From NCBI RefSeq assembly GCF_009914755.1, contig NC_060936.1: 64,000 nt of DNA; one strand, 5' to 3'. Source of the DNA: the human T2T-CHM13v2.0 reference genome, Homo sapiens. Numbering within the stretch: position 1 is the first letter of the stretch; every line of letters starts with the position of its first letter. The translations under genes were made by a program, and so were the position numbers. This document shows positions 43,116 to 61,880 of this stretch, piece after piece. The notes beneath the pieces were generated by a model that was given only the letters and a program-made list of their open reading frames with translations, ran no database searches and was not told the origin of the DNA.

Positions 43116-43178
43116 AGACCATCGAGACTAGGAAGAAACTACATCAACTAACAAGCAAAATCACTAGCTAACATCATA

Positions 43179-47008
<3,830 letters not shown>

Positions 47009-48664
47009 ACAATGAGATCACATGGACACAGGAAGAGGAATATCACACGCTGGGGACTGTGGTGGGGTCGGGGGAGGGGGGAGGGATAGCATTGGGAGAT
47101 ATACCTAATGCTAGATGACGAGTTAGTGGGTGCAGCACACCAGCATGGCACATGTATACATATGTAACTAACCTGCACAATGTGCACATGTACGCTAAAA
47201 CTTAAAGTATAATAAAAAAATAAAATAAAATAAAATAAATAAATAAAAGCCTCACAGATACCAAAAAAAAAAAAAAAAAAAAAAGAAACTCCTACTCTGG
47301 TGCAAGTGGGTACTTCACCATAGACCCCTAACTTCAAGAAAGCAAAATAGACGCATAAATTTTAAATTAACATTTGTTATTATGCAAATAGTCTTGTTGA
47401 GTGTTTTATGTGCACTACAAATCCATGAGATATGTGCTTTTAGACCCATTTTGCAGATAAACCAGAACTCAAAGATGTTATGTGATTTGTCAAGAGTGGC
47501 ACAGAATTAAAACCCAGATTGGCCTAACTCCATTTCAAATGAGGTACAACACCACACCGTGGCTCCCCTCTTGGAGAATTACAATGTACAGTAGCTTAGG
47601 CCAAGTTCTACAGTGAAAAAAAAAGTGTTTAAATTCCTTCACCAATCATTTCTCAACCTCTGACCATGGAACCTTTCTTTTACACTTAGCATCTATTAAG
47701 TTTGCATATAACCACAGAGTACACAAGAATTGCTTCAAGCTAATAATGGGTGAAATCTTACTATATTTCTGCTATGTTTGAATTTGGGAATATTAACACA
47801 TGCCATAATTATTTTTAAAAAATAAACTACTTTTCATTTACCTAGCAAACAGTTAACTACCTATGGCCAGCATCATTTTTAATTGATAAGCACCAACTTT
47901 ACTCTGTCAAAAAGCAAATATTGTTTCCTCCCTAGTTGGACTCCTAAGTATTATATTTTCCAAACAGCCCATGAGGTTTGAGGCACCCTTCCCCAACCCA
48001 AGCATATTAGAAAGTTTATTTCCTAGACTACTGGACAGAGAAGGGGGAGGAAATTTACATTTTACCAAATAATCTCATGATTTAATGCCACTGGTAATAC
48101 TAATACAAGTTCAAGCCTTTTGGCCAAATTTTGCAAAAATGGTTGAAATATTTTTTTCCTGTCGATATAAAACCTTCAAACTGAAACTGATCATTAAAAG
48201 GAAAACTAAGTAACAATTTCAAACTGGCCTATTTTAAGAAATGCCTTCCTCACATAACCAAAAATTTCTCACCTCTTCCTGCCCACCATGGGTATTTTTC
48301 CACTCATTTCTGAACTCGGATATCTCTGTGGATCTGACACACAGGAGCAGCAGCCTCCAAGGCAATGAGCAGCACCTAATGGAGTCAGGTTTGAATGACT
48401 GAAGCCCACAAAGGGAGAGTCCTCAAAAGCAGCAGTGGTGAGCTGAGGACTGGGGACAATAGAAAGCAAGCTGTCTTCAAGATGTGCAGAACAACATCCT
48501 TTCTCTCTCAGGTCTGGCATCATATTCAGATGAGCAAATGTGAAAACAGGAAATGTGTTCTCAAATGACAGAAACTTCTCTTGAGAAAAGGGGAAGTGTG
48601 AATCCAGTTTAAAGAAAACTCAATCATTAAAGACAAATTATTTTCTCTTAGAAATCAAAAATCT

Positions 48665-48969
48665 AGCCCCAGCATGGTGGCTCATCTCTGTAATCCCAAC
48701 ATTTTGGGAAGTCAAGGCTGAAGTACAGATTGAGGCCAGGCATTCAAGACCAGCCTGGTCAACATAGTGAGACCTCATCTCTACAAAAAAATTTAAAAAT
48801 TAGCTAGGCTTGGTGGTGTGCACCTGTAGTCCCAGCTACTCAGGAGGCTGAAGTGGGAGGATCACTTGAGCCCAGGAGTTTAAAGTTACAGTGAGCTATG
48901 ATCACACCACTGCACTCCAGCCTGAGTGGCAGAGAAAGGCTCCATCTCAAAAATAAATAAGTAAATAAA
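48665..48969 (+). mobile_element. AluJ
   Basis: ttgaggccagg, caacatagtgagacc, ggaggatcacttgagcccaggag, gtgagctatgatc. Confidence 0.9.
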
Positions 48970-50779
48970 GTCTGAAATTCCACATTATGAAATCTGACAT
49001 ACATACATTTCTCTAGATATTTATAATGAGATAATGTCAGCAACTAACCATAACTAATGTTCATGCATGGCTGTTATTTCTTCACAAAAGCAAGGAGCGA
49101 TACGATTGATGATCTCACATCTACTTTTTGATCTCACAATCTTACGGGGATGACAGTTCTGTGAACAATGACGTTTGCATGCACTGGACAGCACAGATGT
49201 GCAAGTCAACAACAGGTTGCTGGTTTGGGTACCTAAGATCTTCGCAGGCTGAAGACAAGGAGGCTTCCCTTGCAAAGCCCTATCATTGACATTCCAACCT
49301 CACAAATGGGGCCTTAGCCTATTCTATCATTGCACCTTCCTGCTGCAATCTAAATCAGCACTCCATTCTGCCAGTTCCCTGTACATCCTGGCATAGCCTC
49401 TTTTATTCCCATCCTGATATACACTGCATTATCATTTTTCAACAAATCACCAAATCTCAGGGCTTTATGATCAGAACAATGTAGATAATAAAACTCTTAA
49501 ATTAACAAATAATACATTAAGCGCTTTCTATGTGTCAGACACTGCACTACATGCTTTCCATGTATCATACATAGATCTTTTTAAAAAGAAAAGAGTAAAT
49601 GAATGAAAGAATATATGTATTAAAGAGTAAAAAAAATTAATTTTTCAAACTGTTTAAAAGGGAAATAACCTTGGAAATTATACATTCTCAATCATTCATT
49701 CAACAAATATTTATTTTATTTAATGCCTATTAGACACTAGGTTTTGCCCTACATTCTGAGAACTAAGTAGTAAACACGGCAGGTGCTCTAAGCAGCTTAC
49801 AGTCAAATGGAGAAAGTTACCACATGGAAGACGGGAAAAAAAGGAACTGAAGTCTTGAGTTTCAGGCTAGTAAGGAGGTGCATGGCTAGTAACTTCTATA
49901 TATTAGAATAAACTGAAATCAAACAGCACAAGTTTCATCTTTTCAAACACCTACACAGAGAATGTTAATTATTGCTGAATATTTTGTCAAGATAATTTTA
50001 TTGCTTTTCTACGACTAACAAGTGCCAGAAATTTTATGTTGTAGAGAAGAACAACAAAGGCAGAAGAGGAAACTGATACAGAATGAGCCCTCAACCAGTG
50101 GCCCAGAACTCTGCCAGATATTTTTATGTTCATTATCTTGGTCAATATCCAGTGACCTTCTAAGCCTGATGTTTCCTCCATGTTGCAAATAAGGAAAATT
50201 AGTGCACTCTAGAGTTTAGGTAACTTTTCTGAGACAATCTGCTAGTGGGTGGCAGAGATGAGATTAAATCCCAGGACTCTCACTCCAAACTCCCCATTGG
50301 AGACTATTGTGAATGGAAGAGCACAAGCCTCATCTAACCCTCAGCAATTCTGATTTTTGCCATGCCAAAAATATAAATTTTTAGGTGAAATCTCTTCATT
50401 TTTTCAATTAGCAATAATTCAAAAAATTAAAAATTCTCTGCAGGTCAAACAAAACATATCTGTAATTAAATGTTGAAGTCATTCATTTGAAACCTCTGCT
50501 TGGCAGTGTTTTTCTCCACTGAGTTTAGCCAGCTGAGCAGGGTTGGCACATACCATAAAGGGTAGAAAAAGGCTGTGCAAGAAGTCATGTTGAGTTGAGA
50601 TCAGACATAAGCTTATTTTCTTCAAGGCATAGAAAGAGAAAGAGACTAAGCACTTTATAGATGATATCAAATTGGATGGGTGACACTAAGTCCTCGAAAC
50701 GTAAAACTGAAATTTTAATTAGCTATTTCCAGATTTCATGTTGCACATTTTTTTAACATTTTAATGTTTCTAAAACCTG

Positions 50780-52815
50780 TATTTATCATCAATGTCAAAT
50801 AAAAATTCTTTACCTGTGCCATTTGTCTCCTTTTCTTTGGTTATATATGCCAAAGTTTTATTTTATTGTTTTTTACAAAAATTAATTTTTGGTTTTATGG
50901 ATCAACTTTGCTGTTTGTTACCCATTTTAATAATTTATGTTATCTTTACTAATTATAATTATTAATGCCAACTTTGTTATTAATTTGCTAGCTTCTTAAG
51001 TTGAAAGCTTAGTTCATTTTTATACTATTTGTTGTTTCTAAATAAAATACATGTAAAGGTCTACATTTTTCCCTGAGCCCCACGTGGGATTCATGGGTTT
51101 CACAGGTTCTAATACAAAGGGCTTTCTTCTGTTATTTTTTAGTTCTTAGTTTGTAACTTCTAAATAAAAATTTAAAGTAAAATTAGAAGCATTTTAAACA
51201 TCATTTATTGTATAATTCTGTCATCAATGTGGCTTATATAATACCGACTTTTTGAAATGCATTAAAATATCCTTTCTGTCTAGTATGAGTTAACTTGGTA
51301 AAACTTTTCAAGCATATTTTTAAATAATGTTATTCTCCATTTGTATTTGTATTTGCACACAGTCACATGTGTAAGTATGTACCTGCAAATTGTGTTAGTT
51401 CTATCTTCTGTGGCCATACTCATGTTTGTCTAATTGATTCATTTGTTTCTGAAAGATGTGTCTTGAAAACTTAACTAGAATTTGAATTAGTTTCTCCATA
51501 TAAGATTGTACATATACTTGCACAAATAAGCAAGTTCTCTTCTTCTTTATAAGTTTTTGATGTATACATCAAAGTTATGTTGACTGTCATACCTTCTTTA
51601 GTAATTAATCCTTTTATCAATATCATATTTCCCCTTTCTTCTTTTCTTTAAATGTCTTTTGCATTGAAATCTATTTTACCTTAAATTAATATTGCTATAC
51701 AAGCTTTGATATATTTCTTCTACTTCTTAAATATATTTTTGATATTTTAAATATAAAATACTTGATTATAAAAAAGAACATACGTAGATATCCATAAGTA
51801 ATAAACCATAAACATAAACATACATGAACCCACAATCCAAAGTATAAAAAAACTGTTACGAATCATGTTGATACTTCCTGTGTACTGCTTGCCAATCTGT
51901 ACTCATCCCCCATACCGTCTCTCAGGGGTAGACGCTATGTGAGTTTGTTCCTTATCATTCTCTTCTCCCTCAACCTGTGGGATCTGACACTGTCTCCAGG
52001 TAGATGATGTCAGAATTGAATTGGAGGAAACCCAGCTGGTGTCCACTGCAGAACTGATTGCTTGTTTGTTGGTGGGGAAAAATCCCACGTTTTGTCTGTG
52101 TTGATTGTTGTGGTGTGAGAGCAGAGGAAAAACAGTTTTTTCAACTCAATACCATATAATATCAAATTGTTTCTCCAACTAGTTGTACAAATTTGTACTG
52201 GTTCTAATTGTTCCATGTCCTCACCAACATTCCATTTACTCTTTTTTGGGTTTTTGGGGGGTTTTTGGTGTGCCTGCTGCTATCTCATTTTGAATTTAAT
52301 TTGCATTTCCTTGATTTACTAATGAGAACAAGTATCTTCACTTGCTGACTGGCCATCAGCATAGGTTATTCTGTAAAATGCTTGTGCAAGTCCTTTCTCA
52401 TTTTCCTGTTGTGGTTTGCTTTTTTTATAAAGAGTTATTTATGTGCCCTAGATATTCTTTCTGGATTATATGTATTGCAAATACTCTCTCCCATTTGGAG
52501 CTTTCCCATTATTTTGTTTTCCTTATGATGCTTAAACGAATGGAATCAATTCTTTAAGTACTATACTTATCAAGACCTTTCTTTATAGTTAGTACTCTTT
52601 GGGTCTTGTTTTTGAAAATCTTCCCTCATTTAAGGTCATGAAGATGTTCTTCTATATTGTCTTTTATAAATGTTAGAGATTTGTCATTTTTATTTAAGTC
52701 TCTTATTGCTCTTGAATTGGTTTTTGTATATGGCAAGAGGCGAAAGTCAACTTCCTTTTTTTCAATGGGATAGCACCATTTACAGATAAGTCCATAGTTT
52801 CATCACCAATCTATG
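50780..52815 (-). mobile_element. Ancient L1 (L1ME-like) remnants
   Basis: Degenerate reverse L1 motifs (ttaatttgcatttccttgatt, tgtattgcaaatac, aaggtcatgaagatgttcttc). Confidence 0.55.
51968..52148. mobile_element. MER21-like LTR fragment
   Basis: caacctgtgggatctgacactgtctccaggtagat...gtcagaattgaattggaggaaacccagctggtgtcc...gaggaaaaacag. Confidence 0.75.
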
Positions 52816-52935
52816 GTAATGGTAATAGTACTAATAACAATAACAATAGCAGCTAACTTTATACACTGTTTACTACATGCCAGTCACAGTTCTAAGCAAT
52901 TTACATATTATGCCAGCTCTCTAATATGATTTGGT

Positions 52936-55886
52936 ATAAAGAAAAACCTATCAGAGCAACAGCATATTTCTCAGCAGAAACCCTACGAGCTAGAAGGGAT
53001 TGGGGTCCTATTTTTAGCCTCCTTAAACAAAGCAATTATCAGCAAAGAATTTTGAATCCAGTGAAACTAAGCTTCATAAATGAAAAAAAGATACAGTCTT
53101 CCAGACAAACAAATGCTGAGAGAATTCACCAATAACAAACCAGCACTACAAACCACTAAAAGGAACTCTAAATCTCGAAACAAATCCTTGAAATACACCA
53201 AAATAGAACCTCCTTAAAGCATAAATCTCACAGGACCTATATAACAATAACACAATTTTAAAAAAGGTATTCAGGCAACAAATAGCATAATGAATAGAAT
53301 AGTACCTCACATCTCAATACTTACATTGAATGTAAATAGCCTAAATGCTCCACTTAAAAGATATGGAATGGAAGAAGTGATAAGATTTCATCAACCAAGT
53401 TTCTGCTGTCTTCAGGAGACTCAACTAAAACATAAGGACTCACATAAACTTAAGGTAAAGGGGTGGAGAAAGATATCCATGCAAATGGACACCAAAAGTG
53501 AGCAGAAGTGGTTATTCTTATATCAGAAAAAAACAGACTTTAAAGCAACAACAGTTTAAAAAGACAAAGAGGGACATTATACAATGATAAAAGGACTAGT
53601 CCAACAGGAAAATATCACAATCCTAAATACATATGCACGTAACATTGGAGTTCCTAAATTTATAAAACAATTACTACTAGGCCTAAGAAATGAGATAGAT
53701 GGCAACACAACAATAGTGGGAGACTTTAATACTCCATTGACAGCATTAGACATGTCATCAAGACAGAAAGTCAACAAAGAAACAATGGACTTAAACTATA
53801 CCCTAGAACAAATGGACTTAACAGATATTTGCAGAACATTCTATGCAACAACTGCAGAATATACATTCTGGTCATCAGCACATGGAACATTCTCCAAGAT
53901 AGACCATGTGATAGGGCACAAAAAAGTCTCAGTAAATTTAAGAAAATCAAAATTATATAGAGTACTCTCTCAGACCACAGTGGAATAAAATTGGAAATCA
54001 ACTCCAAAAGGAATCCTCAAAATCATGCTAATGCATGGAAATTAAATAACCTGCTCCTGAATGATCACTGGGTCAACAATGAAATCAAGATGGAAGGTAA
54101 GGTAATAAAAGCCATCTATGACAAACCCACAGCCAACATTATACTGAATGAGGAAAAATTGAAAGCATTTCCCCTGAGAATCGGAACAAGACAAGGATTG
54201 TCCACTCACCACTTCTATTCAACATAGTACTAGAAGTCCTAGCCAGAGAAATCAGACAACAAAAAGAAATCGAGGGCATCCAAACTGGTAAAAAGGAAGT
54301 CAAACTGTCACTGTTTGCTGATGATATAATCATACACCTAGAAAATCCTAAAGAACCATCCAAAAAGCTCTTAAAACTGGCAAATGAATTCAGCAAAATT
54401 TCAGAATACAAAATTCATGTACACAAATGAGTAGCTCTGCTATACACCAACAGTGACCAAGCTGAGAATCAAATCAAGAACTCAACCCCTTTTACAACAG
54501 CTGCAAAAAAAATAATAAAATGCTTAGGAATATACCTAATCAAGGAGGTGAAAGACCTGTATAAGGAAAACTACAAAACGCTGCTGAAAAAATCATAGAT
54601 GACACCAACAAATGGGAGCACATCCCATGCTCATGGATGAGTAGAATCAATATTGTGAAAACGACCATACTGCCAAAAGCAATCACAAATTCAATGCAAT
54701 TCCCATCAAAATACTACCATCATTCTTCACAGAACTAGAAAAAAACAATATTATAATTCATGTGGAACCAAAAAAGAGCCCACATAGACAAAGCAAGACT
54801 AAGCAAAAAGGACAAATCTGGAGGCATCACATTACCCAACGTCAAACTATACTATAATGCCACAGTCACCAAAACAGCATGACTGGTATAAAAATAGGCA
54901 CACAGACCAATGGAACAGAATAGAAAACCCAGAGATAAAGCCAAATGCTTATAGCCAACTGACCTTCAACAAAGCAAACAAAAACATGAAGTCGGGAAAG
55001 GATACCCTATTCAACAAATGGTGCTGGGATAATTGGCAAGCCACATATAGAAGAATGAAACTGGATCCCCACCTCTTACCTTATACAAAAATCAACTCAA
55101 GATGGGTCAAAGACTTAAATCTAAGACCTGAAACCATAAAGATTCTAGAAGACAACATTGGAAAAATCCTTCTAGACATTGGCTTAGACAAAGACTTCAT
55201 GACCAAGAACGCAAAAGCAAATGCAACAAAAACAAAGATAAATACATGGGGCTTAAACTAAAAAGCTTCTGCAGAGCAAAAGAAATAATCAGCAGAGTTA
55301 AGAGAAAACCCACAGAGTGAGAGAAAATCTTCACAATCCATACATGTGACAAAGGACTAATATCCAGAATCTACAAAGAACTCAAATAAATCAGCAAGAA
55401 AACACGATCTCATCAAAATGTGGGATAACGACATGAACAGACAGTTCTCAAAAGAAGATATACAATTGGCCAACAAGCATATAGAAAAATGCTCAACATC
55501 ACTAATTATCAGGGAAATGCAGATCAAAATCACAATGCGATACCACCTCACTCCTGCATGAATGGCCATAATGAAAAAATTAAAAAAAAAATAGATGTTG
55601 GTGTGGATGTGGTAAAAAGAGAACACTTTTACACTGTTGGTGGGAATGTAAACTATTAATAGTACAACCACAGTATACAACACAGTGTGGAGATTCCTTA
55701 AAGAACTAAAACTAGATCTACCATTTGATCCAGCAATCCCACTACTAGGTGCCTACCCAGAGGAAAATAAGTCATTATATGAAAAAGATACTTGCACACA
55801 CATGTTTATAGCAGCACAATTTGCAATTGCAAAAATACAGAAGCAGCCCAAATGCCCATCAATCAATGAGTGGATAAAGAAAATAT

Positions 55887-55936
<50 letters not shown>

Positions 55937-56317
55937 CAGACACCATGGAATACTACGCAACCATAAAAAGGAAAAAAATAATGGCATTTGCAGAAACCTG
56001 GATGGAATCAGAGACTATTATTCTAAGTGAAGTAACTCAGGAATGGAAAAACCAAACATTGTATGTTCTCAATCATAATTGGGAGCTAAGCTATCAGGAC
56101 ACAAAGGCATAAGAATGATACAATGGACTTTGGGGACTTGGGGGGAAGGTTGGGAGAGGGGTGAGGGATAAAAGACTACACATAGAGTACAGTGTATACC
56201 ACTTGTGTGATGGATGCACCAAAATCTCAGAAATCACCACTAAAGAACTTATTCATGTAACCAAACACCCCCTGTTCCCCAAAAACATATTGAAATAAAA
56301 AATAAATTTAAAAAATA
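52936..56317 (+). mobile_element. 5'-truncated L1PB1-like element with internal ORF2 deletion
   Basis: ORF1 C-terminus (ETLRARRDWGPIF), ORF2 fragments, and L1PB 3'UTR (gagggataaaagactacaca, caccaaaatctcagaaatcaccactaaagaactt). TSD taatatg[a/t]tttggt at 52922-52935 and 56364-56377. Confidence 0.88.
55887..55942 (+). repeat. (GATA)12(GACA)2 microsatellite
   Basis: Counted directly. Confidence 0.95.
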
Positions 56318-56394
56318 GACATGATAACAATCACTTATTAAGCACTTGAAAAAAATAAGATAATAATATGTTTTGGTGTGTAATACCAGCTCTG

Positions 56395-57335
56395 TGAGAT
56401 GTCAAGTTTCCATATTCATGGCTCTTTCTTCCATTCCATTGGGCTATTTCTCTATAATCGTGTTTTAATTGCTACCTATTTATAACAATTCTTGATATCT
56501 AATAAGGCAATTCTCCCTCCCCTAATTTATTTTTCTTCAGGAGTATCCTGGTCATTCCTGACTTTTTGTTCTCCCATCTAAACTTTAGAATTTTTTTCTA
56601 GTTCCATTTGAAAAAAAAAAAAAAGCATTCACTCAAGTGAAAATGCACGAACTCTAAAATTAATGGGAAGAATGACCATCTTTATAATAGTAAGTCTTCA
56701 AATATAAATATATTTTATTTTTTCTACTTTTTAAATTTTATTTAATGTATCTTAATATAAGGTTTTATAATTTTTGCATAAAAGTTATATCTTTTAATTT
56801 TTTAGGTTTTGTAAATGATATCTTGTATTATTGAATTTTCTGTTTCTTGCTGTTATATGAACTGGAATTAATTGTATATATTGATTAGGTATTTAGATTA
56901 AATATATTAGGTTTAGGTTTTCACCTTAGATTTAGATTTCTACCTTAATCTATTAGTGTGGTAAATGAATTGATTTCTTCATGTTAATCTGCCCTTGCAT
57001 CCCTAAGATAAACTTAACATGATAGATTTGGTTTACTAGATTTGTGTTTAGGATTTTTGCATCAATGTCCACCAGTGAAATTGCCTATAACTTTCCTTTT
57101 CTGCACTGTCCTTTTAATTTTTGATATCAAGATTATGTACTAATTGATTTTCTAATGTTAATCTCCTCTTGCTTTACTGGGATAAACTTGGTGTTCTTGA
57201 TTTATTTACTAATATTTTGGATCAGTATTTTCTATCAGTGTTCATGAAATTGTTCTATAACTTTTCTCTCATGTTTTCTTTCATTGGTTTTGATATCAAG
57301 ATTATCCTTGCATGACAAATAATTTGAGGTGAAGG
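56395..57335 (-). mobile_element. Ancient L1ME-like continuation
   Basis: caagtttccatat, ttcttgatatct, ccttgcatccctaagataaac, ttttgatatcaagattat. Confidence 0.55.
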
Positions 57336-57340
57336 GGCAG

Positions 57341-58742
<1,402 letters not shown>

Positions 58743-59143
58743 TTCCATCAGGTGACTATGGCTATGTAACAAACCACCCTAAAACGCAATGACTTAAAAC
58801 AATAAGCCTTTATTATTGCTCGGGAGTTCATGGGTCCACTGAGAATTTCTGTTGATTTAGGCCAGATGAAGCCAAACTTATCCAAGCTCACTGATAGGTC
58901 TGTGCTTAACAGATAAATCAGCTGAGGACCAGATCATCTAGGATGTCCTTACTCGCCTGACCAGCAGTTGTTTGGCTATGGGCTGAAGTGGCAGGGATGA
59001 CTGGATTACAGGTTTTTCACATCTAATAGGCTAGCCTGGGGTTGTTTGCATGATGGTGTCAGGATTCCAAAAGCATGGAAGCATGAAAGAGCTCTGGAGG
59101 CACAGGCTGACCACTAGCACACCATCACTTCCACCACATTCTA

Positions 59144-59193
59144 ATCACATAAAATCATAAATCACATAAAATCGTAAATCACATAAATCATAA
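59144..59193 (+). repeat. 3 x ~17-bp tandem repeat atcacataaaatc(a/g)taa
   Basis: Direct inspection. Confidence 0.85.
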
Positions 59194-59315
59194 AACTGAG
59201 TCAGATGCAAGAATTAAGGAAATAGATTCCACCTCTCGATAGGAGAAGCTACAAAGTCATATGGCAAATGGCATAGATTTAGGAAGGAATGAACAATTAG
59301 AAAAGGAAATATTTT

Positions 59316-59840
59316 CCACCCCATTACTGGGTATATACCCAAAGGGTTATAAATCATGCTACTATAAAGACACATGTACATGTATGTTTATTGCAGCACT
59401 ATTCACAATAGCAAAGACTTGGAACCAACCCAAATGTCCATCAATGATAGACTGGATTAAGAAAATGTGGCACATATATACCATGGAATACTATGCAGCC
59501 ATAAAAAAGGATGAGTTCATGTCCTTTGCAGGGACATGGATGAAGCTGGAAACCATCATTCTCAGCAAACTCTCACAAGGACAAAAAACCAAACACCAAA
59601 TGTTCTCACTCATAGGTGGGAATTGAACAATGAGAACACTTGGACACAGGAAGAGGAACATCACACACTGGGGCCTGTCATGGGGTGGGGGGAGCGGGGA
59701 GGGATAGCATTAGGAGATATACCTAATGTAAATGACGAGTTAATGGGTGCAGCACACCAACATGGCACATGTATACATATGTAACAAACTTGCATGTCGT
59801 GCACATGTACCCTAGAACTTATAGTATATCAAAAAAAAAA
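59316..59840 (+). mobile_element. 5'-truncated L1PA4-like 3' fragment
   Basis: ORF2 C-terminus ...FSLIGGN; 3'UTR gtaaatgacgagttaatgggtgcagcacaccaacatgg; poly(A). 17-bp TSD agaaaaggaaat[a/t]tttt at 59299-59315 and 59841-59857. Confidence 0.92.
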
Positions 59841-61659
59841 AGAAAAGGAAATTTTTTTGCAATCAATTTGATAATTCTAAATTTTCTGGAGAAGTTTGCC
59901 TAGGACTAGAATAATCAATTCTCTCAATGCACAGTATAACTCTCCCATAAAAGAAGTGTTAACTCCCTGTTAATGGACTTATTAAAGCATTAATTTTATT
60001 TCTTTAATGACTATGCAGGTTTTCTATTTCTTCTTAGATTATTATTTATCTTATATAAAGGTTTATATAAAGTTATATTTATATAAGAGGTTTTTAACGT
60101 TATATTATTCTAGAATTTTTTCATTCTACCAGTTTTCAAATTTATTAACATAAAGTTTTAATACATCTTTGTCATACTCATCTCTGTGTCTGTAATTATG
60201 TCTTATTTTTCATTCATAATATTATTTGCTTGCACCTTCAGTCTTTCATTTATTCTTTCCTTGTTTCTATTTTTTATCAACTTTGGCAAAGTTTTTGTTG
60301 TTGTATTCATCTTTTCAAAAATCTAACTTTTGGTTTAATGAGCTTTTCTGTTTATTTTCTATGTCATTAATTTCTGCTCTTATCTTTATCTCTCCCTAAT
60401 AACCTTTTGCTCCTTATTTCCCTAATAATATTAATTATATACGTTGTAAAGCCTTGCTGTCATGGCTTTATTCGCTGTTTCCTCGGATGTAAATTCTTCT
60501 AATATTCATTAAGCTTTTAAACTCCTCTTCTTGATTGCAATTTTTTTCCAATATTGAGTGACTTTTGATTTTTTCACTCAACTTAATAAATCAGATTTCC
60601 TGTTAAATTACTTTCTGTACTTGTTCCACACAATGGCTTATCTCTTAAACATATAGCTTCTTTCTTCTGTCTTGTTCACCACCTTGTCTCTCTAACAAAA
60701 CTCCTTTACTCAACATAAGCACTTAGAGGCAGGACAGACCCAATAAAAAGAGAGAAAACACCAATTTTAAACACCTGGATAATTGTTACTGTGATATCTC
60801 ATCTAACCACCCTACCATCAACCATGCACTCACCTTTTGTAGCCACAGTCCATCGTACAAGGTCCTGAGCTATAGTTTCCTTAATCTGATCCCATATGCT
60901 TTGCTTCTTTTTAGAATTCTTCCCTGCTCTGGTCCTCTATAATTTATTCTCCTTATTTTTGAAGATGGTTACATATTTATATTGTTTCTTAAATTTCTAG
61001 GCATTTATTTCAGGAGAGGAAGTCTATAGTTTGTGCTCAGTTCTTCTTAAAACACAAGCCACCACAGCTTTCCTAGGAATGCCAGAATTTCACTAAACTG
61101 GAGTTTCAACAGGACTTGAAAACCTCATTTCAGAATTAGAACAGGGAATACTAATCAAAATTCATGATAATAATCTTAAGTCATTAAGAAAGATGTTTTA
61201 AATCTTTCTTATATTCTACTGAAAAAGACAGGAAACTATGTAATACATCTTGGAAAGCATCCTATTTCTCTTTTTATTTGTGATATTTCCATCTTCCCTA
61301 TTCCCACCAGCCAAAAATATATTCAAATTTCTGTATCCAAAAAAGACCTTATCTACTTTTTCCTCAGGTTTCTGTCACCAGTTCTTTCCTTCTTATCATC
61401 ACCAGACTTCATAAGAGTTGCTGAAAGTTACTTCACAATTCTATCCCTAGCCCATTGGATGTTGGTTTCTGCTTCTACTGTCTTGCTGAAACTTGTCTTA
61501 AATGTCATCAAAAACTGCCCAGTTGCCAAAATCATCAGCTTGTTTCTTGGTTTATTTCATTCCATCTTTGTTTCCACTGATAATTCCTATCCAGTTAGGA
61601 TTCATAGCTTTTCTTCTTTGTGTTCACAGCATGTCACAACAATCTTGAGACTTTGAACA

Positions 61660-61880
61660 GCACGTGTCTCACACTCCTGTATATATTTACCCAGCATTAT
61701 ATCTTACTAGGTAAGTGACTTTTAGCCAGTGCCTTCACCTTTTAGTTATTCACTTTCTATTCCCTAAATGAGGATACAATGAGTTACTTTACTTCATAGG
61801 TTTTCGTGAAGATTAAATGAGTTAACACATGTAAAGCAGTTAGCACAGCACTTGAATATAAGTTATTAGTAATAGTAGTA
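61660..61880 (+). mobile_element. MIR
   Basis: taaatgaggatacaat...acttcataggttttcgtgaagattaaatgagttaacacatgtaaagcagttagcacag. Confidence 0.75.

Larger units (their letters stand above)
58743..59875 (-). mobile_element. MLT1G/H-like LTR interrupted by L1PA4 fragment
   Basis: tgtaacaaaccaccctaaaac...gacttaaaacaataagc...catcacttccaccacattct...ggaaatagattccacctctcgat...ttttgcaatc. Confidence 0.7.

Noticed and set aside
47263-47284. A22 run just after the L1PA2 as a 3' transduction tail
   Set aside because: It lies outside the clear TSD (47245-47257), so it belongs to the target site or arose separately.
48268-48340. Possible minus-strand ~60-nt exon ending AG|GTGAGA
   Set aside because: Poor polypyrimidine tract and no supporting context.
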